49,279 nucleotides of DNA, filler included, from Bipalium vagum (GCA_037834085.1; 3 parts of 3 records of this genome joined end to end with filler, not necessarily neighbours in it); one strand, 5' to 3'. Positions 14,120 through 27,372 are shown, counted from the first letter of the whole stretch. The notes: a model not told the origin generated them from the sequence alone. Made by a program: numbers and translations.

Positions 14120-14565
14120 GTAACGAGATCCTGGAAATTAACTTTTATGAATGTAAATTAATAAGCAAATGTAATTAAGGAACGTACCTCTGTTTCACAC
14201 ACGATAAGTAAAAATGAGAACCTTGAAGGTGAAATGTCATCAGTTCTTGACAACTGGAAATTAAAAGAATTAATCTAAACCGATCCAAGCATACCATACA
14301 GAGAGCTTTCTAAAGAATAAAGGTAACATCCGAAAGTTCTACACCATTGCAAAGCAAGGGGAAAAATGTAAAAATCTTCGAAAAATGGTTCCTGATCGAT
14401 AATGAAAGAAAAATGAATAAGTTGCCTTATGAAGTGTCATTGCAGAAGTGATCCGTTCTCCACCGATTTAGACGTGAGATGAGAAATATATTCTTTACGA
14501 CACAAAATGACGGCTGAGTGTTTTGACTAAGATAAAACATCAAAACACTTTCCAAAACAGAAAGG
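14120..14565 (+). mobile_element. Degenerate mariner transposase fragment (cecropia-like)
   Basis: Frameshifted remnants LKELI*TDPSIPYRELSK, K-x-VP (decayed WVPHEL), SDPFLHR, DEKYILYD and KHFPKQK appear in mariner order. Confidence 0.65.
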
Positions 14566-14924
14566 TTTTTTGGAAACACTTTTATTGACAATGGCTATGA
14601 CTTCATTCGTTCGATCAGTATGGATACGATCAGGGAATTTTCGGTCTTTCAACACTCCAATATAGTTAAAATTTATGTAAATAAATTTACAAGCGTGCTG
14701 CGAGAAGGAGCATTACAGAGAACAAAATGGAATTGCATTTTCAAGCAGTTGCTACTTTTTTTCATCTTTTTCCATTTAAATAAATTTTTTTAATAATTTC
14801 TATTCGCTGGTTTATTTTATTGATATTTTGTTCATTCTGAAGAAGCCTATATTTATTAATAATATTTAAACAAAAAGTAAGTACATTAGTGTTAATGGAA
14901 AAAAACAACCAATTTAAAATTTCA

Positions 14925-14944
14925 AACATTTTTGGGACACCCTG
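14925..14944 (-). mobile_element. Solo Tc1/mariner-superfamily terminal inverted repeat
   Basis: Reverse complement reads CAGGGTGTCCCAAAAATGT, a typical Tc1/mariner-superfamily terminus. No partner TIR was found. Confidence 0.45.
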
Positions 14945-17005
14945 AATTTCTTCTTGCATCTCCATAGAATTTTCTGTCTTGGCGAACTCCGTTGAGTTAC
15001 GAAACCCTACAACGATGAACGAATTACATGAGTCAGTTATGCGTTTATGGGAAACAATATTTGAGAGAAAAATTCTCACCCATATTCAAAATGAAACTTT
15101 GATTGGAGTCAAAATAATATAATGTTGTGGAAGAAAAAAATTAGTTTAAATGGTTATTGTTATTTTCATGTAAATCTTTTATTATTCTGTATATTTTTTT
15201 CGAATAATACATTACATTGTATTAATGCACACATACTCTGCATTCAAATATCCAATTTTAAAATAAATAAAATTATAATAAAACAATATTTTATGAATTA
15301 TGATTAGTTAAAACAAAATTAATTTTTTGAAAATTAAATAAAAGATTATCAATTTGGTAAAAATTATTTTTAAAATTGATTAAAAATAATTTTGGTTCTT
15401 AATTCATTTTATTTTAAGTTAAGCTTGTTAACATCTTTTCAAAACTTATTTGGGTTAACAATATTGTTAAACTTCATCTTATCTTGTATTTTAAGGATGG
15501 GGAAACTATACGAATAATTCAAAATAGTTAAACTTAACTTTATTATGATAATAATTATAATTTATATAAAATTTATTATTATTAAATAGTATTAGTTATA
15601 ATTATAACACATTAATATCACTTATTCTCAATATTTGGATTTAACATAATAATTATGTTAATATACATAAACTTATAAATTAATTTTAACATTTTAGGGT
15701 AAAATAAGAATAATAAATAATTTTCTTTGAAAATAATAATTTAATAAAATATAAAAATATTTTTAAAAATATTGAAAAATTATACATACATAAAGAAAAT
15801 GAATATGTATAAAATATCGATATATAAATAAAATTTATTAAAATTATAAATTTAATAAAAATTCAATTTTTATTTTCTAAAAAGAGCAAATTATGTAAAA
15901 AAACGGTTTCAGAAATATTTTAACAGGTAGTGTGTAAAAAATAAATGAAAATATTTATGTTATATTTTATTATTATTTTAATGGAGTGAAATAAAATAAA
16001 AAATTAAATTGAAAAAAATAAAATATTATTATTAACAAAATTAATACCCCAATATTTTAGACAGACATCTGATCAAAGAAAAATAACAAGAAAGTGAGAA
16101 TACTCTCATTACACTCATCTTATCCTATTTAATGCTTCAAAAATGACGAAAACAATTAAGGAGAATAACATTGTAATATTAACAATATTGATTAGAAAAT
16201 ACGACTGAATCAGAAAAAATTAACCATCAGTTAACCTGATAACATTATTCAAAGGTTAAATCAATTATGTGAGTAGTATAAAAATGAAAAATAATAATAA
16301 TTTTCTTCATCCCGATCGATGAACGAAAATGGCTGGAGGAAATCTGCTTTGCGTCTGTAGAACCCGACTATTTTCCAATATGAAACTGGAGTATATCGAG
16401 GTTGTTCATTGCGTTCTTTTCATCAAAAAAGGGTCTGCTAATTGTTTCAGATATCAGAGAATTTGTCTGATTTGAAATAAATTAAATTTATTCGTGATTG
16501 GTTGTGGCATTAGCTTCCGGCTAGGTTGGAACGTTAATTCAATACTGGGGTCGGCTGTGACACTGTACCTTTTCTTTTTAATTAATAATATTAGTGTCAC
16601 TTTTGTTTTAGTGGAGTCGTATATGAATATTTTCGCTGATTTTCAACCAATGCTACTTTAATCAGTTTTTCAAAACGTTTTTCGTTTTCGCCTTTTCACA
16701 AAAAATTTCGACTAATTTTAAATTAATGCTAAATTAAATTTAATCAGCCTTAAATTAACTTAATGGGATATTATATATATATATATAACTCTGATTAAAA
16801 AGGACCTTGATAATCGCTGTATATATAGTAGACATTTCTAAGATCCTTGTTTCGAAACATTAAATTATTATTTAAACATGTCTTTTTATTTTAAAAATGT
16901 TAAAAATTTCACAGGATACTTTGTTAATTATTCATATCGAAATTAAAACAAAAAATTAATAATGGTTTATACCTGATATTTTTGAAATTTTATATTATTA
17001 AAAAG

Positions 17006-17126
17006 TATTATTAAAAAATATTACAAATATTATTAAAAAATATTACAAATATTATTAAAAAATATTACAAATATTATTAAAAAATATTACAAATATTATT
17101 AAAAAATATTACAAATATTATTAAAA
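17006..17126. repeat. 22-bp minisatellite (TATTATTAAAAAATATTACAAA) x ~5.5, running into an assembly gap
   Basis: Perfect tandem copies are visible up to the N-run. Confidence 0.93.
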
Positions 17127-17226
17127 NNNNNNNNNNNNNNNNNNNNNNNNNNNNNNNNNNNNNNNNNNNNTTAATTAATTAANNNNNNNNNNNNNNNNNN
17201 NNNNNNNNNNNNNNNNNNNNNNNNNN
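17127..17226. other. Assembly gap with artificial linker (44 N + TTAATTAATTAA + 44 N)
   Basis: A 12-mer with stop codons in all six frames, centred in Ns. The same construct occurs at 33289-33388. Confidence 0.95.
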
Positions 17227-18450
17227 CCTTAATCTGTCATTACTTCTCACTACTTCCACGTCTTTAAACTTATTCAAAATTTTCCTACTCATCACACTGA
17301 CCCTAGCTCCCGTATCTAATAAGCATTCGAATCTTTGCCCTTGAAACTCTACCGTAATACTTGGTCTTCAGTTCATCACTCTGTCTTTTATAAAGAAATC
17401 TCCTCATTCAATCACAGCTCCAACATCATTCTCCACATCAATAAAGTCTTTCTTCATGAATTTCCACACTTTTGCCCACTCTTCTTCTTAGCACCGGGTG
17501 CCCCTTTGTGAATCATTGCTGACGACGTTTAATATAAGGCTCCTACTAATTCCCCAACTAGTGGAGCCCTGTCTTTTGGGTATTGACTTTGCTCTTCTTC
17601 GTATTCAACCAGTCTATCACCGTCTACTTCCTCTTCTAATGCATTTAAATTATTCCTTCTATAAAATTTCTCTGGACCTCTGATCCTCTGTGCTTGAAAA
17701 CGTCTACCATCATGAAGGTTCGTATAATATTCCCTTTCACTATGCCCGTTCCTGTTGCACCGCCTACACTTTATATTTGGACAATTTCTCCTAATATGAC
17801 CTTCTCTCTGATATCCGAAGCATACTTGAGGTTTCTTTTTTGGACAACTCTGCTAATGTGACCCTGACTCAAAAAGGTTCATCATTCTATTTGTCTTCTT
17901 GCCGTACAGTTACGACCTAAATGACCCTCCTTATTACATCCATAATATTTAATATTTTCTCTTGCTATTTGTCTTCCTTTAAATGAGGGTGTTCTGGTGC
18001 CATAATTTTGTGTTACCTTCCTTGTAACAACATCTCTGTAACTCTTTACTGCATTCACTGACTTTTTCTTTTCTTTTTCTTTGATGTCGGTCATCAATCT
18101 CATCAAATCTTTAATTTCGCTTCCTTTCTCCAGCCTTCGCATTCTAATCTCCTCATCCCCAATGCATTTTACCAAGAACAGTGCCTCAAGCTTTTCAACG
18201 GTCAGATCGTGTGACAGTGCTTTCTCTACCAATGGTCTTACCTCCCTTCATGTCCTCACTGCCTCTTCTATACATTATTAATTCTTCCCAGTCGTCAACG
18301 ACATTTTTATTTCTCGAACAATAGACGGATTCTACCTTCAAATCCGCTTGCCTTCCAAGATGTTTCCTCGTAGGACTCCCATAGATCTTCATTTAACAGC
18401 GCATAAATCGCTATTTCTCTTTTTTTTATTGGGGTCTTCTCCTTCTCAAG
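17227..18450 (-). mobile_element. Ty3/Gypsy LTR-retrotransposon relic: gag with multiple CCHC zinc knuckles plus aspartic protease; truncated by the gap
   Basis: Knuckle remnants YYGCNKEGHLGRNC, CFGYQREGHIRRNC and CRRCNRNGHSERE; protease motif RFECLLDTGARVSVM at ~17290-17335; several stops and frameshifts. Confidence 0.88.
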
Positions 18451-18454
18451 GCAT

Positions 18455-19263
18455 CTTCGAACGAAGATTCAACTGATTTAGAAAGGTGATTTTGACTTAA
18501 AATGTAAAAAACGCCAAGGCCAACCGAAAAAATTTGAAGACCCAGAATTGGCAGAAGATAATATCCTAATGCCAAGTAGTTAAATATTTTTCAACATGTC
18601 ATTTGCGGTTATGTGCATAAAATGGGAGAGATTAAAGTCTAAGGAAATGGATTTCACTTGAATTGGATGAGGGAATGGTGGAAAATGGATAGAAATTACA
18701 AAATCGTTTTTGTATCGCATAATTACAGGCGGCTAAAAATGGATTTACTTTTATAACCGCAGACGCAAAAAATCGTACCAACTTCTATTGCAAACCGGAA
18801 TATTCGTGGACAGAAAGCTTTACCATGCATCAAGGAGGGACCAGAATGATATAGTCCAGTAATATATATTAAACCCCATGAAACACTAGACAGTAATCGT
18901 TATGCACAAAAATTGCTAAAACTGAATATATACTGCAGAAAAAACGACTAGAATTTATTGATAGACACAATAAAGTGATTTTGTTACATGATAATGCTCG
19001 ATCTCATGTGGCTCAATCTGTGAAAGAGTCGTTGAAATTGATTGGATGAGACTTCTTACATCATCTGTCATCTTCACCAGACATAACTCCATCTGATTAC
19101 TTTGACAGCAAATTGACTCCGTGATAAACACTTCCATAATTGTGAAGACATCAAAAACATTGCTGAAAAATTGATTTTATACAATGAAAACTTTTCCCGA
19201 AGTATTCATAGGTTGCCAGAAATTTGAGTAAATCTTGCACCTAACGATGGAAGATATTGTTAA
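18455..19263 (+). mobile_element. Degenerate mariner transposase (mauritiana/Mos1-like), 5'-truncated
   Basis: FRKGDFDLKCKKRQGQPKKFED, KWISLEL, RFLYRIITGG*KWIYFYN, KVILLHDNARSHVA, SSPDITPSDY and IHRLPE occur in the expected order, with frameshifts. Confidence 0.88.
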
Positions 19264-19272
19264 TTAAAGTGT

Positions 19273-19413
19273 AACAGAGCGAAACCTGTTATTTTGGGCA
19301 CCTTTAAATTTTTTAATAAACATTAAATATTGACTTTTGTTTTCATGAACCCTCTATATTTTTGGGAAAATGTTCAGTCCCAGTAGTGTCTAACATTGAA
19401 AGATTTCACTGTA
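19273..19413. mobile_element. Short pogo/Tigger-like MITE
   Basis: Imperfect inverted ends: ACAGAGCGAAACCTGTTATTTTGGGCAC versus the reverse complement TACAGTGAAATCTTTCAATGTTAGACAC. No coding capacity. Confidence 0.5.
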
Positions 19414-21114
19414 CTGTTTACAAAATAAATATATTTTAATTTTATAAAAAATCCGCATCAATCCAATAGACCAAAATTGATATAGTCATGTTCATAAAAT
19501 ATTTTATAAATAATTAATAGATAATTTTTCATTGGAAGATTTAAAATTCCAAATTAGAATCTTTCATTATTTATAATTTTTGGTAATTTTCTAAATTGAA
19601 TTATATATAATTTTTAATTTATATTTTCACACCTCACCGTTCGATATCTATGTGACTGCATTATTAATGTCTTTATTAATTATACAGAATACGGACATTC
19701 GAACGAAAGCGTCCATACAAATAAAATGGGAAATATTTAAAATTTTACCAATTAAAAATATATATTTATATTAACATTTTATGGAATCAAAGAAATTTTC
19801 TCATATGATTGAAAATTCTGCCAAATCTGAATATACTGGTAACAGAGTTTTAGTAAATTATATATAATATTAATATATAATAAAATGAAGATAAATGTGA
19901 ATCTCGTTTGATTCAGATTCACCTCTACATTAAGTTCTATCACATTCTCCTATGGTAAGACATATGTCTTTCTAGGCAGCATCAAATATGATAATTATGA
20001 CTTGTTACTCTAATTAGTCTCACTTTTACACTTAAATGAATTAATTGCTTGGCGTCCCCGGGCCAATGTTTCCGAGGATTAATTCGACAGTCTTTTGTTA
20101 ATTCTTACTTCCTCCACATTTGTCTCTTCTTCAATGGCCAAGAGAGGTATAGAGTAGTGAAATATATTCTTTTAAAAGATCAAGGAGTAATTGAAAAAGA
20201 TCTCAATGTCAAAAGAAAATTTTATTAAATAAAATATTACTTTTCGCCATTAAGTAGGAAAGATGAAATATTTATTTTAGAAATACTGCGTATTAGCAAT
20301 TATTCTTCCACTTTATTACTGATTTATAACCAAAGTATTTTTAAGTTGTATACATTAACCCATTTCATTCCAGAATTCAAGAGGGCAAATTTTGATTTAC
20401 TTAGTGTATAATAGATGATATAGGATCTACTAAGACTATGTATAAGTTTCAAAAAATTTATGAAACATTTACTTTTAGGACTACTCCCATTTGAGGATTA
20501 TGGAATATAGGCGTATTACTTATAAATTGTTATATTCAAATTAGAAAACATTTATTCAAAATCCTATTATGATAATATCATTACAATTAGAAAATTACCA
20601 CACAAAATGACATATTTTAGTTAATTTTAGTCAGAATGGTATGCCTCAAAGGCTGTACATGAAATTTAAAATAAGACAAAGATAAAAAATCTTATCTTGA
20701 AGTTATAAAGTCGAAAATTAGAAAATAGTAAAAATCTGCGATGAAATTTAGATGAAAAAATATGCAAAATAAAATTCTGTCAAAGCGCCATTAAAATATA
20801 ATGTCTCTGCAGTGATTTAAAATAATTTATATTTCGTAAAATCTTCAAATGAAGTGTAAATTTCACTTTAAAGGGACGTTCTCAAATGGGGCTTATGGAA
20901 TGAAATGGGTTAAGATCATTTTCTGAAGTTCAATTTTGAAAATAACTCTCGGTTGTTCGATAGTTTACAATTGAATGGTTCTTGTGTCCATTAATAAAAT
21001 AATTTAAGGTTAAGGTTCAAAAACCTAATTTTTTACCTACTTAATATTCATACTGGTCTCGGTTATTTAATTGCAATTTTGCTTTTATATTAATAGATTA
21101 AATTATATTTTTAT

Positions 21115-21128
21115 TAATAATAATAATG

Positions 21129-21187
<59 letters not shown>
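21115..21187. repeat. (AAT)n microsatellite
   Basis: Tandem aat repeats with one gat interruption; these produce the poly-Asn of ORF 21071..21334. Confidence 0.96.
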
Positions 21188-22479
21188 TATTGTTATTGTA
21201 AAAAAATTGACCATAAAATAATAAAAAAATCCATTAGTAAAATGAAAAAATATTTTCAATTTAATTCGGTTTTTATTTTGAAAAATAATTTATTATCACT
21301 TGAAAGCATAATGATTATTCTGAAGGCCCAATAAATTACATTATCTACTTAATTATGTTGCTGTTCTCATAGGACTTATATTTAAAATAAAAAGTAATGA
21401 AATTGATATTTAGTTAAAGGTCATTAAGAAATGATTTATTTTATGATTTGTTTATCTTTAAATTTATTAATATCAAATGATGATATCTCCATAATGCATA
21501 AATACCAGAATAATATTATAAAATAATAATATTATATTATATTACAATAATTTAATCTCATAATATATATTGATATTATTTTTTTATTTTATATGTAATA
21601 TTGATCATTATAATGTTCATTTTAATTATTATTTCAATTTTTTATTTATTTTTGAAAATTTTTAATTTTTAATTAATTTTAAACAGTCCACACAAAATAA
21701 ACCTTCGCTCTTTGAAGGATCAATTTAATACGAAAATATTTAAAAATACCTAAGCAATAAAGTCAATAAATACAGGAATTATTTTTCATGAATTGATCAA
21801 TGTTTTATAGATCTTTTTACTTTTCACTTGAAGTCTTTGCATATCTTAAATATTTTAGCTAAACTCGTAAAGACCTTCATAGCCAGTGACTTTTGATTAA
21901 GTCTAAGCATTTCATCTATTACAGTATAGTTCGAATAATAAAAATGTGTCTTATATAAAAATTTTTTATTTTGAACTAAATGAACATTTCAAAATTATTT
22001 ATTAGACAATTTAATAATACAAGTGTTTGTCTAATATGAAAATCGTTTAATAATAAATCAATTTTTTAACCAATACGTAAATAAAAATTTGCAAATAAAT
22101 CGTCTAATATGAATTGATTTTGTTTTATTATTTGACATTTAACATTTGAAGTTTTATATTTTTAATACTAATTTTTATTATATTCATGTTTTTAGATTTT
22201 ATTGACTAAGATAAGAACAGGAATTGAACTATCCTTAGAAAATAAGTTTCAAGTAATATGAAATATAGAAGACTTGGAATCGAAAGATCAACCAATAACG
22301 TTGACAGGCTTATTAAAAATTACAAACCGTGAAAAAATGAAGGATGAGAATGATACCTAATCAAGGATTAGCAGTACCGATTAAAAGAAATTTTAAAAAC
22401 TAAATTTAATTTAACATTTAAAGCTTTGTTCACCTGGTTTTCCAATATGCGTTCTACTAAATAAGAAATTCAAGGTAGT

Positions 22480-22610
22480 GACGAGAAAACTTGTAAACGA
22501 CAATATTACTGATAATCGCTAAGTTTGAGAGGAATCCATTTATCGAGTTTTTTAAACTTTCCGATGGCTCTCAAATTATTCATTCAAATATTCATTTTTC
22601 ACGACACTAA
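22480..22610 (-). mobile_element. Small mariner transposase remnant
   Basis: Minus-strand translation KKLDKWIPLKLSDYQ*YCRLQV corresponds to the KKLDKWVPHEL motif. Confidence 0.6.
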
Positions 22611-23339
22611 TTGATCCAATTGCACAGATTTGTTTATGTTTGGTATATATTTTGTTATAAATATTTATTTGTATTAAAATTAAAATTATATATGCTAATT
22701 AATTTCCCCTTTTCATAAATTTTAAATATTGCAAGGAAACAAAGTCAAGTTAAAAATAAACCTAAAGAATAACATAAAAAGATTGACTTTATTTTATAAT
22801 TATCGTTAATTACTTCTTTTTTTGAAAAATAATGATACATATTTTTCAAAAAAAATTGATTATAAAAATAATTAAAATTAATCATTAAATTTTCTTTCTT
22901 TTATTTTGTCTAAAGACCTGTTAAACAGGTGGCAAAAATGAAACTTTAATTTTTTATAATTATAGATTTTTTTATTTGTTTGTTTTCGAGAGTGAACAAA
23001 ACTATTTCTATTTATTTTGTTAAAAATGAATAATTTGTTTTATGATCTGGGTTTTATTAAGAAAAATAAAAATAAATTTTAAAAAATTAAGTGTCTTTTG
23101 AAATATACATTAGTGTTTAATGCTTATATCTATATTATAATATATTATCTTATAATTAACATAATCATAAAATTCGATATTGAATTACTATAAATAATTT
23201 GAATAAATCGAAATTAATGAAGTTGTTTTAAATTGATAAACATTTGAAATACAAGTTATTAATAAAATATAAAACTTTCACGCGAAAATTATAGGTCGAT
23301 AATTTATTAGTATTTTTAATGTAGCCTTAAACTAAACCA

Positions 23340-23900
23340 ATGACCAGAGAGTAGTGTTTACAAATAATTCGCAGAATTTCGGTGTTCACATACAAGTCTG
23401 GAAGATGAATTTTGTGAAGGTAGTCCATCAACACCCGCTTTAGTCAATAATATTCGTGATTTTCATGAAATGATTGAAATAAATCCACCGTGAGATTCAG
23501 ACATCCGTTGTTATTGACACAAAAGCAATTCAAATCATTATTAATGACCACCTCAATACACATAAATTTTCCAGTCGTTGGATCGCAAGTAATTTGATAT
23601 CTTTTGAAAATAAATGTCATATTAAATGGTACAAAAAAATTAACATAGATCGTTCAAATTTAATTTACAACATTGTTACTGATGATGAAACAAATTTTCA
23701 TTTTTACAACAATCCAATGTTTGGATATTTAGAGATAACTCCAAACCAATCAAAGTTGTTCAGTCTGACAGTTTTTCATAGAAAATGACTATCTGTTTCT
23801 TCGGTTATAAAGATCATGTGACAACGATAGCTTTAGAGAATCAAATACCTGTTAATCATGAATGTCGTACAACAACTTTGCTACCACGGGATACTTGTAA
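23340..23900 (+). mobile_element. Degenerate mariner transposase fragment (irritans-like)
   Basis: VYK*FAEFRCSHTSLEDEFCEGSPST, DHLNTHKFSSRWIASNL and LIYNIVTDDET (first catalytic-Asp motif). Confidence 0.82.
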
Positions 23901-26887
23901 AGTTAGAATAAGTAATCAAAATTGCTCAGAAGAAAATTAAATAATCAATACATATAAATAAAAAAAATTAACTAGTTAAACAAATTTTTTAATTTAAAAT
24001 TTCCCAGTGAATCAATCAACAAAAACCAAGTAATTTATTATCAAAACTATTAGTTTATAGATTAAAAAGAAACAAAAAACCAGTCTTGTCAAATATTTGG
24101 TTCATCAACTGATTTATGAGAATGTCAATTCATAGTTTGTCTTGATAGGCCCATAGTTATTATATTAGCTGAACTCCTTCGTGTGATAAATTCATTTTAA
24201 TTAATCTTTAGTTAATTAAGTTTGAGCTGACAGACTGTCATAAAAGTTAAATATTTTTTGGAAATATATTATTAAGCAACCCGTTCTCTAATCACCATAT
24301 TTGAGTAATCAAATTTTAATACTTTACTTATCATCACTTAAAACACTCGGACTCACATGGAATATATTCAACAATAATTTCCTCGGGTTTTATGATTATA
24401 AATTTCAGATAATTCACTCTTTTTTTTTAATTATTTCTTAAGAGAATTTCAATTAAATATTTTGGCTAATATTTTAATTATATAAATTAATTATTAGGCT
24501 CAAAATAATTAATTAAGTTTATTTCTCACTTCTACATTTTTTAAGCAATCCAAAACCTTTTTATTAAGTATAAAACATTTTAAAAAAACATAAATTACAA
24601 AACAAATAAACATCGTAAATAAAAAAACATTCAAATCGTTTTGTTTATCTATGTCGATTAAGTAGAATTTCATTATTCAATATTTGAAAATGAAAATCTG
24701 AGAATTATTCTTAACTCAATCATCGTCACTTATAAAAGTATAAAATACTTTAGATATTTCAGTACAATTTGAATTGATTAATGTTTCAATTTTGTTTAAT
24801 ATGAAAATCATGTTCAGTTTTTAAATTTCTGCCCTTCACGTTGAAAGATTTATTACGAAAATACAACGATAATAACTGGAAACATCCGAAAGATTTGTTA
24901 AGATGTGAAGAGATAACAAATTAGGCTTTTGTATTGATTTCAAAAATTCAAGTAGGAAATAAATAAAATCACATTAAACATCGACATACTATTTTCAACA
25001 GAGATTTTTAAAAATTTTGAGTGGTGACAAGTCACATCAACTCCTTGGGAAAATAAACAGCAGCTGCTTGATTAGTAGAAAATATTTTACTCGGTGATTG
25101 ACAAAGTCAGTAGCAACACTTCTTTAACTACATTAATGAACCCGTGAATTTTCTTTTTGGAAGAGAATTAAAACAAGGTCAGCGATTTTTTGCTAACCTT
25201 TAATTTATTAAAATAATATTCAATAATCAATCGTATTCCTTTTGATAAATATTTATGCTTTTAAAGATCTTTTCCAAACATATTGTGGAGACTCAAGAGA
25301 AATTGAACTATTTAACAATGAAAAACAATTCTGACAATTTTTTATCTTGAAACTTTTTATTTTTAATTTGATTTTAATAAAAATATTAAAAGTATTTTTA
25401 TCTTTGTTCACTTGTAAAAATGAGAATCCCTAAAAAATGAATAAAATTAAGACCTAACAATTATTATTATTTATTAATTATTAATCAAAGAAAATATATA
25501 AAAAACAAAAAATTTAAAATTAGAAAATACTAAGTTTCTAAAAATAGAAATGTAGCAAAAAAATATTATACAAATATAAATACAGAAATTATTTAAAACA
25601 AAAAATTAAAAAGGAAATAATAAAAATGCAAAAATATAAATAACCTTAGAAAATATGATATAAAAGGTCAACTCGAAAAAAAAAATATTGACAAAAAATA
25701 TTCAAAAACAAAATCAGTCAGTACGGAAACCTTTGGATCAAAACAACATAGTTCCTGTCAACAATCAAACTATTTAAGCACGAGCAATTTTCGAACAATT
25801 CAGACACAGTACAATACGGATATTAAATACAGATATTGGACAATATAGAGACAGATCGATTCACAGAATAATTCAAATTCAAAAATACAGAGACGACAAC
25901 TTAATTCGGAAATCGACATTCAAAAATGAGCCTAAAACATTATCAGCAGTCAATATTTTATGCCCATTTTTGCAAACAGTAAATTTATTTAATTATCATT
26001 AATACTTTTAATTATTATTAATATTATTTCATTAATTAATTTTCATATCTGGTAAATTATAAGAGTTTGCACAGATTATTTAAACTTATTTTAAAATCAA
26101 CAATTCTTCCGATAATCACTGTTTTATAGGATTATTTTCATTTTGTTTTCCCATCTTCCATTTTTCTCTTTTTGTTTGTGATTTACACAACAGTTGGGGT
26201 TGTTAAATCATCTCAGGGCCTTGCCACAAGTTACAGGATAACTGTGTAAGGATTTAAGGATTCTCGTTTAAAATCCCCTTGTAAACTCACATTTTTACAA
26301 ATAAAAATATTTGTATTTGATTTCATTTGTTTTCATTTATCCTATTTCATTTACGGTTTTAAATTACACTTCATAAAGCCTTCTGATAATCACATACGTT
26401 TATGTTAAGTGACCTAGAAGCCCCTTACTGATATTTGTAACTTAAATTTAGTCACTTTTAGAGAAACTTAATTTTATTTCATCAACTTTTGAAATAAGAA
26501 TATTATGAACTAAATCTCAGAGATATCGTTTTGATAATTTATAATTATGATATTTTTATTTATATATTTTATGACGGTTATGAACAGTTTTTTACAGTAC
26601 CCTTGGCTTCTTGATTTTTTTTCCATCAATAAAGTTTAATGCATAAATTTTGGTTATTTTAATAATGGTTGTTTGTAATAGGAACACAATTATAATAAGT
26701 GAGAAGTTCAGTAACGACCATGTTTAATAATTTGTCATAGATTATTAAAAGTAACATAAATATTAATTAATTACATATAACAATATTCATTAGAGATATG
26801 TTTAAAAAGTAAAGTGCAATTTATGTAGATTATTAAAATCATTTAAAAAGATATTTTTTAGAGATAAGACTTAAATTTATCAGCTTT

Positions 26888-27372
26888 TTAAAATTCTGTA
26901 TATAAAAAAATTAAATATAAACTATAGAAACTACAACCTTCATAATTTATCATGCCATCTCCATCCAGATCGGCATCCTTTAACATATCATCAACTTCTT
27001 CATCGGTCAATTTATCACATAAATTTGTGAGAACATGTCTGATTTCCGTTGCTGTGATAAAGCCATTTCCTTCTTTATCTAAGACTCTGAAGGCATCTCT
27101 TAATTCTTCGTCGGAAAACGGTTCTCTCATTGCTCGGATAATTACAGAATTAAATCTGTCGAATTCTATAAATCCACTTCCTAAACCCATGATGTTTAAA
27201 TATTGAAAAAAACAAGAACAAACAAAACCTGAAGGATCCAACTCTTTTAAGTATTCTTGAGTGTCATCATCATTTGAATAGACCCCTAAACATTTTAGTA
27301 CGATAGCAAGGTCTGAGGAGGAGATTTTTCCTTCATTTAATTTATCAAATAAATGAAAGGCCTCGATAATTT
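26888..27372 (-). CDS. Calmodulin-like EF-hand protein; exons 27372..27229, 27180..26938, 26895..26888 (5' exon unresolved; last exon possibly frameshifted)
   Basis: [29 protein letters not shown]...ELDPSG|SGFIEFDRF...[57 protein letters not shown]|EF. Phase-1 GT-AG introns of 48 nt (27181-27228) and 42 nt (26896-26937) sit at the conserved metazoan calmodulin intron positions. Confidence 0.9.

Noticed and set aside
17006-17126. Regular 22-bp repeats as a CRISPR array
   Set aside because: The copies are head-to-tail with no spacers, there are no cas genes, and the context is eukaryotic.
21071-21334. Poly-Asn ORF
   Set aside because: It is a translation of an (AAT)n microsatellite with a non-ATG start.
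26888-26890. TAA read as a sense codon (alternative genetic code) in the calmodulin-like gene
   Set aside because: No other reconstructed host exon has an in-frame TAA or TAG, the HAD gene ends in TAA, and a 1-nt indel gives a more calmodulin-like tail.
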